A stretch of DNA of 64,000 bases. Source: Amphiscolops sp. MND2022. Lineage: Eukaryota. Numbering within the stretch: the stretch's first letter is position 1; each line of letters starts with the position of its first letter. Positions 50,869-60,518 of this stretch are shown here, piece by piece. The notes beneath the pieces are model-generated. The model searched no databases, was not told the DNA's origin, and worked only from the letters and a program-made list of their open reading frames with translations. The stretch covers positions 85,996,001 to 86,060,000 of the forward strand of contig OZ076409.1 of NCBI GenBank assembly GCA_964187785.1, given 5' to 3'. Made by a program: the position numbers and the translations under genes.

Positions 50869-52885
50869 CGAGATCCGTTCTTCCCCCCAATCAAAGTCGC
50901 AATAACTAGTTTGATAGTTCCTAGAGTTCCACAGACAGAGATCCTATCTGAGCCCACAGTCTGCGGAGTACTCCAAGATCACCGTGGGTTTGCACGAAGT
51001 CTACAACGAGGTGTATTTGTGTCTTGGCCCTCGATGCAGGAGTGACGAGTGTGGTTGACGTCCCTTTCACGAAGTCGTCATAGAATGGGAAGCGTTCTCC
51101 GATGTCTATTAGTTCGACGTGTATAAATTTGGGGAGTTCTTTCGCCAGCTCAATCTTGGTGAGGATCTTGCCGTTCCGCCCTCTGACCCGATGCTGCACT
51201 TTCCCAGTCACTGGATCAACGCTTTTGAGGTGCTCATAGCGCCACCTTTGATCACGCCTGAGGTGTTTTTCGGTCCTGTGGTGACGCAGAATCTCCAGTG
51301 TGCCCTTAGTTTTTACAGAAATATTCTTCTTACATATATGGCACCACACCATGTAAGGATTATGAAGGGGATCAGCTGGCCCGGAGATGAACGATCGGGT
51401 CCAGCCAATTTTGGAGAAGAATTCCTCCTTCATTGGAATGCCCCGTGTGTGGCCGCGCCGTTTCTTGGGCAATTTGCTAGAGCTCGAAGCTAGAGGCTGT
51501 GCTGGGGCCGTCTGGGTGCGTAATTCAGAGAGCGTGGCATCGAGACTGGATTGATCGGTGGACTCAAAACCTGCTTGGGTAGGGTCAGCTCGAGAAGGTG
51601 GAACGCGGCTGAAAGGTTCCTTGAAAGCCTGTGAGATGAGTGCCATCTCGCCAGAACTGTCTGTATCATTGAAAGACTCTAACCCTCCACTCTCTTGGCC
51701 AGCACTGGATCCTTCAGAGGTGTCAGTCCCTGATCCAGAACAGTATTCAGACTGCGAATTATCTTCCGAATCACTTTGCAGCCCTGGAGCGGGAGTTTGA
51801 GCCCTTGGCCGGATCTTGAAGTGGTCAGTTCGGGCACTGGAAGTGACGGGAGCCCCTCTAACCGCTCCGATTACCATCTGCTCCATGGTGGAGTAGGACA
51901 TTTTCAAGGTCTCGTCTGTAAGGACCCTCAGAAGATGATAGATTTGTGGCTCCGTGAACGCCACAGTTCTATGACCAAGCGGGAAGGTGATAGTACCGGC
52001 ATCATCATCGAAATACTGTTTCAAAATGGCCCTACTACGGCCGGAAAGCTCCCTGATCTTGGGGTCCTGAGCTGCTGAAGTGGACGGACGCATGGGATCA
52101 GGCATCGCAGCGAAAGTATCAGTTGACGACCCTTCTCCTGCTGTGTCTGCTACATTACCTATTGGAAGGTAGGCATACAATTGAGGAGCACTAGCCTGAC
52201 TGAATGTGTCGCCGGCTTCTTCAGTTCCAGTCTCATCGCCCAACCACCTGACTTTTGGTGTTCCTGTTGGCAGCTTGGGGACATCACATAGGGAAGAGCT
52301 TTCGTCCGTTTCAATCTGGAGAAATGAGGCTGCGTTTATTTCGGCTGGAGTCACGTTAGTGGGCAACAATTCCGGTAATATAGTCCTCGAGGAAGGAGCA
52401 ATCGTTAGCCCAGTCTCTAACTGAGTCAAATTGAGCTCGTCGGTTTCACCGGCTACGCCTGAAGTTGGGGTACTAGTACGAAAGACCGGTGTAGTAACCC
52501 GTGCTTCGATCCCCGCGGAAGAAGGACCCTCAGGTACACCTCTCCCAGTCTCTTGTTCTCTTCTCTCAGAGTTCTCCGCAGTATGTCCCTCTGATTGTTG
52601 TTGGGCCTGTTCAAGGAGCTGGAGCTTTTCGTCGGCATAAGATGTTACATCAACGTTGCTGTCTGTGCTGCTGGGAGACCTTGGTGGCCTGATTGGAGGA
52701 AAAGGAGGAGGAGACAATTGTGGTGTTCGGACGGTAGAGGAAGTACCCACAGAAACAATCGTTTGAGTATGTTGGTCGGGAATGTCCGCTGCAGAGTTAG
52801 TTTGTGTTTGCAGTTCGTCTCCTGGCTGGTTTGCTAAGCAAAAGGAGATGAAATTTGGCGGTGAGCTTCCTTGAAAAAAATCCAT
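50869..52885 (-). CDS. Antisense accessory gene, large exon: disordered N-terminus plus BED-type zinc finger (small frameshifting insertion near 50915-50930)
   Basis: 654-aa ORF containing WCHICKKNISVKTKGTLEILRHHRTEKH. The frame continues as YQTSYCDFDWGEERIS to the donor |gtaagt at 50868. Confidence 0.75.
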
Positions 52886-53900
52886 TTTACCGCATTAGAA
52901 AACTTCCGGAAGTGTTTGAAAATCTGAACGAAACGTGTTATCACGCGTTTACTAATGGAAACAGGAAGCATGTTGTGAACGGATTTAACCCTGATCAAGT
53001 TAAATTTTAGTTCGGAATAAAAACAAACCAACCTTCAGATGAAGACATCCTGGGACTGAATTGGATGTGGGAACGAGTCCTTGTCCGGCTGTAGAAGGTG
53101 ATGGATATGGCCGAAACCGGCTGGAGAAGGGGGATCAAGGGTTACTCTGGGATGAAGAATCGGCTAAGAAGTGTCGTGTGCGGGGAAATAAGTATCAGTC
53201 GAGAAGAGACAAATGGAAGATATTCAGAATTAAAATGGTATTGAAATTGGGTAGAAGAATTGAAGAAATTGGAAAGTTGGAGTTCGTGGCTGAAGATTAT
53301 TACCAGACTAATATTATGGATTATCTACATATTTATTCTGTACATGGAGTCTGCCAGTGAAGTGTACAAAGAACTTTATTACTTACAGCTTATTTAGTTA
53401 GAGGCCGGTTATGGCCGTTTACCCTGTTTTGTTTTACCGGTTTGTCCAGTTACCCTAGTTACCCTTAGCTAGAATTTTCGCCATCTTGAATTATTTGGAT
53501 TTATTATTTTCGCCATTTTCATTATTTAATTTTGCAATTTATCGAAGCTTAAAGCTGATTGGCTGAAGCCATTTTGAAAGAATTCCGCGTCGCGTGCCGT
53601 TAATTGCTCTCAGGCAGACTGTTAATTACCCACTTGAAACGGGTGAAGATAATATTTACAACTCAAGCGTCGTTAACACCTCTCAGAGTGATGGTGCTGA
53701 TAGGGGGTAAACACTGAGTTATCAAAGGATGCCGAATAATTATAAAATTCCATTCAGGAATGTTTACGTCGGATCAGGGCGATTTACCGATAACTCAACC
53801 GCCAAAACGAATTGCCGGGAAAAGGCCCGAGTTGACTAAAATTTTGAGTTGGTAAATTCATTCCACTTTGAAACCTCACTCAAGCTAGTTAACTTTCCCA

Positions 53901-54713
53901 ATGAGCAAAATTGCTAAGAAACTCATAATGCAGAGGTATAACCTAACTAAAAAGCTCTTTGATTTTGAAGAAGACTCAGAAAGCTCAGTGGATTCAGTTA
54001 TCTATATCTCAAGTGATAGTGAGAATGAAGTCTCAAGTTCCTGGGACTCAGACTGGTCCACGGATACAGAAGGAATCATAGAAAGAATAGAGCGAGAGGT
54101 AAAAGCAGCTCCAATCCCTATAGCGAGACGCGGGATGACGACGGAAGATTTAGATGACGAGATGACAGCTGGACCAAGCAGTGCATGGCCTGTTCCGCCC
54201 TCTACCCCTAAACTGGGATTCGAGTATTTTAACAAGGAAATGTGCTTGGCCCCATCGAAAAAACAAAGAAAATCAAAAGTTGAGCTCTGTGCAACTGTAT
54301 TACCCGTTCTGGAGTCCCCACATTCTCCTCCTGACCATGAAAGAGGACCGAGCATTGACACCCCTCTCGCGCAGTCAACCTCTGGATCTTTCTATGCGTC
54401 TTATCATGTGCAGAATATCGAGCCTTACCAGGATGTGAGCCAAAATTTGCACACAGGCTGTATGGTATGTGGCAAGTCGAGAGATCAAATAAAAGCCGAA
54501 AAGGTGAACTGGTACATGCAAAGATCGACACCTAGCAGTGAGCCCGCTTATATTACCGCCCTACGACGAGAGGCTTATGAAAATGGCTTGAACGCAGGAA
54601 GCTTACTTTTCCTTACACCCGCAGTGTCGCAGGCTGCCGCCTGTGACGGTACAAGAATCACTACTACCGCAGAAGGACAGGAAATTGCGGCCGGAACTCT
54701 ACCAATATATTAG
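53901..54713 (+). CDS. ORF4, 270-aa unknown protein (acidic N-terminus, CxxC motif) ending inside the 3' LTR
   Basis: Intact ATG-initiated ORF with a homolog at 13585-13962. The last 89 nt lie within the LTR. Confidence 0.75.
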   Translation: MSKIAKKLIMQRYNLTKKLFDFEEDSESSVDSVIYISSDSENEVSSSWDSDWSTDTEGIIERIEREVKAAPIPIARRGMTTEDLDDEMTAGPSSAWPVPPSTPKLGFEYFNKEMCLAPSKKQRKSKVELCATVLPVLESPHSPPDHERGPSIDTPLAQSTSGSFYASYHVQNIEPYQDVSQNLHTGCMVCGKSRDQIKAEKVNWYMQRSTPSSEPAYITALRREAYENGLNAGSLLFLTPAVSQAAACDGTRITTTAEGQEIAAGTLPIY

Positions 54714-56563
54714 AGGTAAACATTAAAAACACAAACTTTGCTATTATTTTTTAGTCTACAAGTTGTACCTGTTATCGTTGCGAATTTTACACTTAGTATA
54801 TAATTTGTTGATATTAGTCCGTTAATGCCCACATTTGAAAATTCAGATGTTGTATTGATAATTGTAAGAGCTAGAAGTGCAGTATAAACACGCTGTTATA
54901 GCAATAGGTAGGCAGCTAGAAAGCGTAAAGGAAACGAGTTCAAGTGAACGTAACTCCAATTCCGGAGACGTCACTTGAGCTCAACCTGCTAGCCAATCAT
55001 ATTCATCCATTTGTGCAATAGTAGTGCTGTATTTAATTAATGGCCGGTTTAGGCCATATGCCGGGATTTCACCTTTATCTATCGGCGCTTTAGTCAAACG
55101 GCCGGTTCCGGCCTTAATGTTTAGATGAAAGGATATTAATGCGAGCACTGTTGCGTTTCGTTAAATAGTAGTCTAATCAGGTTGCTGTACTAATTAAACG
55201 TTCATTTTGGCTAATTGGCGCTTTATTTTGTCCATTCCAATATTAGGCCGAATAAGGCCATTTGCCTGACTTCTACCCTCTGTTGCTGTGACCAATTGGA
55301 CAGTGGCCGGTTGAGGCCCCTTTTCAATGCTATTATTCAGATGTTAATTACAACCATTTAGTGTACTTTAAATGTCATGTATAATTACAAGTACACCGTA
55401 AAGACTCATGTAACTTTTGAAATTAATTGGTGTAATCAATACCAATGTATGATGTTGCTACCAATATTAGTCCAAAGGACATGTCTGACCATATTTACTA
55501 GTTGACACATGAAATCTATGTGCATATTATATAAAGGAAAATATGTGCTGTTACATGTAACATTGATGTATACAAGTTGATGTAGCCTGCTAACGGGGCA
55601 CGTGCCGACACGAGATTGTCAGCATTCCTGAAATATTAGCGGCGTAAACATTTTAATCGATGCTATTTGATGTACCGTGTGCCTTTTGAATACTTGTTAC
55701 AGTTGTCAAAACAGGAATTTGATCGGCCGCGTGACCTTACGATCACGATTCGGCGGCACTTTGATGCTTGCATAGTCGAGTTAAGCAGGTGCTTTCGGAA
55801 TGTGTTTGTAACATTTTTTAGCTGTTTGCATCATGTTTATCCCGCCCAAGGAAGTATATATAGGGGCAACTTCCTTTGGGTAGACACAATTTTTGTTTTG
55901 CTCCTAGTATTCAGTTGATAACACTTTCTCGTTAACAATCACCAATTCTGTTTTCCGGTTTTAATAATTTAATTATTCAACCCGGTTTAGTCTTAATGCC
56001 TACTACCAGAAAGCAAAAGAAGGCGAGGAAATCTAGAGGATTAGAGATTCTCTCTGACATTGAAAACCTTGACATAATGTTAGGTGAAAACCCCTTCAAT
56101 GATATGAGAAGAGACGAAAGTCTCGATGAAACTTCCGTTAGAAGGCAGGAAAGTGTTACAAGCAATAACTTAGAAAGTGAGGAAATGGATCTCCACTCTG
56201 ATCATAGAAATCCCGAAACTGGGACTAGTGCCGGCTACGACCGGATCACAGCAAGTATAGATTCTCAAGCTGAGATCAATAAGTTATCGTGTGAACTAAA
56301 CTCTAGAATATCTAGGGAGATGGATGAGATGATGAACAGTGTTAGTTCTCAAATCCAGAGAGCCATAAGTGATGCCATCAATAACCAAGTTTTGCCACAA
56401 ATTCAAAACGTTATTATGGCCGGTTCAGGACAAGAGACTAGAAGGGGATGGGAGAGATCCGACGAGAGACCGGAAAGTTATTCCGAAGTTCAGTATAACG
56501 CGAAAACTAGAACTACCTTCAATGATGAACATGGTGGAAGACCACAACGTAATGTTCATGACA
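54625..56563 (+). repeat. 3' LTR (1,939 bp)
   Basis: Direct repeat of 40411-42349, followed by the TSD ATTGC. Confidence 0.96.
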
Positions 56564-56616
56564 ATTGCCAATTAACCGTACTAAATTGCCAATTATATTT
56601 TAAACTGAAGATTTAA
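55996..56616 (+). pseudogene. LTR-borne duplicate of the gag N-terminus (~189 codons), running into flanking DNA
   Basis: Matches the gag N-terminus except for 6 substitutions and diverges exactly at the LTR end. Confidence 0.85.
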
Positions 56617-57342
56617 GTAGCAAAATACAGCAACTACTTAGCTCTAAGAGCAGGATTATACCCGAGAAATAAATATACGTTGCAGTATTTGGGTCAATTT
56701 TTGTCAACCATTATGTTGATTATCGCTTCCGGTAAAGCGCTCTTGAATATCGTTAGTTTGAGTAACTTTGCCATAATTTACTTAACCAAACGTGATAGTT
56801 TGCAAAGTGGTCACGAAATCAGAGTCGTTTAAGCGCATAAAGCTCACATTTATTTTCCGATGGTAACTCTTCGTGATGAAGTTTCTCAGTACAAATTTCT
56901 GTCAGTTCTAAAACCCTTGAATGCTGAGTCGATTTGGTATATTGTTCAAGTTGTTCCAAGTCGTTCAACTCTAGCAAGACCAACTACATTCCAGACCATG
57001 TTGCTGATGCAACTCATTTGAAGGCTGCTTGTCTAAACAAACCGAGAACAACCAACCTTGTTCCTTGTGCATCAAGATGTCCTGCAGTCGAGAAGTTACC
57101 GAAAGTACTCGCGAAAAACTGGTTTAAAAATGGTTGCTGCCCTGGGTCGGGGTGACAGCATTTTTGAATCTTCTCAAGTTGGAATTTATAGTTTTACAAG
57201 GTACACTTCAGTTGACGTGGAACGGTTTTTCTCAATTTTTAGTGCTTTTATTACGGATCGTCCGCACATCCTTGATGAAACATTGGATGTTTTGAATGTT
57301 GTTGTGGAACGGTTTGTACCATATTCGTCTCTCTCAAGTTGA
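56570..57342 (+). pseudogene. Decayed hAT-like transposase remnant at the Gypsy insertion site
   Basis: TSVDVERFFSIFSAFITDR resembles the hAT C-terminal S..ER.FS motif. An IASGKAL fragment lies upstream. Confidence 0.5.
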
Positions 57343-59249
57343 GTTTTTCATCTTAGAGAAATCAAGAAATTCTTACACTTGGTGTTTAAAAACAAGCAAT
57401 TCAAAAGAGTGAAACGGAGATACGGTTAGATTGAGTGGAAAGACTAGAGAATTCTGGAAGGGGAAAACAGTTTGAAAAAATTTGTGGAAATGACGCAAAA
57501 CGGGTTTTAAAAACTATGAAGATTTTCATACAACCGCAGATCAATGAAGTTTTTAGCCTTGATTTGATTTTATAATACCCAACATTACCGTTTTTTGGAA
57601 CTGTTATTGAAAAGGAAACACACAAAAGCTTCCGCTATGCTGTGAACACAGTGGATAAGGGAACTACGTGTTTAGGAAGACGACCTTCTAGGAAGAAGAA
57701 AACTAAAAGATGCGGTATGTATACAATTTTTATCTGAATAGTTCTAGCAATTATAGTATTATAATATTATATAGGACACTTGAAACGCAAGCGACGCGTC
57801 CATCGCCTCGACCGAGACTAGTCAGCGTAGTATTGCGCCTGGAGTGACCACCGAGAGTTTTTCACACAACTGCCGCATGGGGCGGCCTTTCTGCGCTGAC
57901 TCAATTCTATGCTAGAAGCGCGTTTGGCATTTCAGCGACTAATCAGAAAGAGCGCTAAAACATACTGAATCGACTAGCACACAATTACCAGGCAGCTAGC
58001 TAGTCAATAAAATTTGAGTCAACGGCCTGTTCAATCGTCACGTTGACTCAATAGTTTCTGTTGCATCGATTATTTAATGGTAACTAATCAAGAAGCAGTG
58101 AAGATAAATACATGAAAAAGTGCTATACAACCGAAGAAAGACGTGCTAAAATACAATGTTTTAATGATTTGCTTTCTTTCAATATTTGGAGACATGAAAA
58201 TTCCTTGAACCTGAGTTGCCATTCTGGGCAGTCTACTCAGTATATGTTGGCGCCTCAAACGAAATTCAAAAATCTTAGCGAAAAATAAGGTCGATATAGC
58301 CTAACAAAAGTGCTGTAAAATTGTGTATAAGCGTATTTGAGCGCTAGTTTTCACCCAATCCCAATTATTTGATCCCTAGAAGCTATCCAGGCCAAAAACA
58401 TGAAAATCGAAGAGAAAAATTTTCCTTTTCGTGTTCTAGGCCCCATTTTTGATCTTTTTCCAAAATTACTGTAAATTTGGACTTTATTCTTTGCTTAATG
58501 TAATTAACTTGTTTTGAACTCCATATTTGGGCTACATGGGTGTCCGTAGGACCCATGAGGACTGTTTGTGAACTTCGCTGAATATTTAACAGCAAAAAAC
58601 ACGTGTAGATCTATGCCCTATTCTTGCCTAAATGTATTCTTTTTATATATACTTTTACAAGTTTTTGTGTATACCTCCAACCCAGTTAAAAGTTTGTTTC
58701 TGCTTATTCTATATATCAAGGCGCTTGTATGGTGATGGTAAATTTGACTACAAACATCCGCCATTAGGTATTTCCTGTATGCTAAAGTAACCAGAGTTAA
58801 CTCCTACTAAGACACAACAGGAACGAAGTAGAGATCCAAATCAGTCGACTTTGCTACTCAGGTATTGAAGAAAGTGAAAGGTTGGAAGTTTCTGGTACAA
58901 TTAATTCAGTTAACTCTGGCTATTGAAGAGCTTTTTGGAGTTGAACAAGTGATGTTATATTGTTTCGAGTTCAAACGTCAATTTATTATATTGCATATGG
59001 TTGCGATATTTTTGCTTGAGAAAGTTATCGTGGACGCAACGACTTGGACTTATCGTTTGGTTTAGCAGATCAACGACGCTACCACTCATCCAGACAGCTA
59101 AGTTGATTCATATAGTCACGCTTCAGATCTGCAAAGTTACTGTATGTTTGTGAAACAGAATAAGTGCAAGGTCAAACATGCAGGAATTGCTTCACCGACT
59201 TCCGAAATTTTTTCAAAGTAATTTTGGCTAATTTTTCAATTGGAGATAG

Positions 59250-59734
59250 ATGCGATATCATCTATTCAAAGTTTCAAAAACCAGAAATCAGTTAATTTCT
59301 GATAGCCAAGGAAAAGGGCTTGACATTGCTAACTTTAACGTTTTATCACTGCCTGGAGCAAAAATAGAGCACGTTTACAATTTTATACCCAAAAAGAATC
59401 ATTATGATATCATCGTCCTATTTATAGGCGGTAACAACCTATTTGCCACTACGTCAAAACTTTGGTTCGACAGATATCTGATCTTGCAAAGCTTTTATTA
59501 ACCAAAGCCAAAAAGGTTTTCGCACTTGGTATACATTTACGCAACTCTCAACCTCTCCAAGCAAAAGAAGTTAATTCTTTACTTGCTTCATGCCAAGAAG
59601 GCTGGAAATTCAGAGGAATTTCCAGGCAAATGTTTGGCAAGAAACAACTAAAAAAGGATAATGTTCATTTGAACTCCGACGGATTGAGTGAAATCGCCTA
59701 TATCCTAAAAGGCAAGATACTTTACAATAAATAA
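59250..59734 (+). pseudogene. SGNH/GDSL hydrolase-like ORF (one frameshift near 59455)
   Basis: Blocks in order: ISDSQ (Ser), LPGA (Gly), FIGGNN (Asn), KDNVH (Asp-x-x-His). Confidence 0.75.
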
Positions 59735-60518
59735 TGTCTGGAGATTGAAGAGGAAGGACATCTCGAAATTATTGTGTGTAGTGGATTTTGCAAGGCCTTT
59801 TCTGGACAAATTAGATTAGAATTGTCCGCCAGATGACAACCAGGCGGTCGTAAAGCTTGGTAAGTAATTTGCTAGTTTACCTTGCAGACGTAAAATATTG
59901 GTGCCACGACCCGGGAAGGCACTGTATTGTATCCGATCAACATTTGATTTGTAAAGTACAAATGGCCAAATCCAATGAAAGCGATTTCTGGGACCCCACA
60001 TGTATGACTTCGTCAAAAAATGGGGATGAACAAAAAGCCTATTTTGCTGACTGCTTGAAAAATTCATCAACAATGAAAGAATGGATAGAACACGAAAAAC
60101 GTGTCTCAGATCTTATTTTGATTCTCGGAAATTTAGACTCGGATTTCCAAGATCTGCAAGTTCAGGATCCAACAGTTTGGGTAGACGCCGGTAAGTTCTT
60201 CGTAACTTACAAATTTTCAAAGAGCAAGCTGCGCAAGGAGTTTGAAAAACATCTTCCATTTCTGGGAAATAAGTTCCAAGGCAGTCGTAAGAAAATCCTG
60301 AAAAGATTAGAAAGCAAACTCGAAAAACGCTTTGAGAATTGGAACAAAACTTTCGGAAGTCTCATGAGCGTGAGTAAGCATTTATCGCACCTAAAGTATG
60401 AAAGTGATTTAATGAAGTATTTTAAACTCTCCGATCAGTTTTAGGACGCCAAACGAGGAACATTTGCAGAAAAACTTCAATAGACAATCTAATTGAACAA
60501 GGTGCAAAGTCGAGTAGA

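Larger units (their letters stand above)
40411..56563 (+). mobile_element. Full-length Ty3/Gypsy LTR retrotransposon, 16,153 bp, with extra genes
   Basis: Two near-identical 1,939-bp LTRs (TGTC...GACA). TSD ATTGC at 40406-40410 and 56564-56568. Contains gag and a pol with PR-RT-RH-IN order. Confidence 0.97.

Noticed and set aside
48906..54713. env gene downstream of pol
   Set aside because: The large ORFs are antisense, and ORF4 lacks a signal peptide, furin site and TM anchor.
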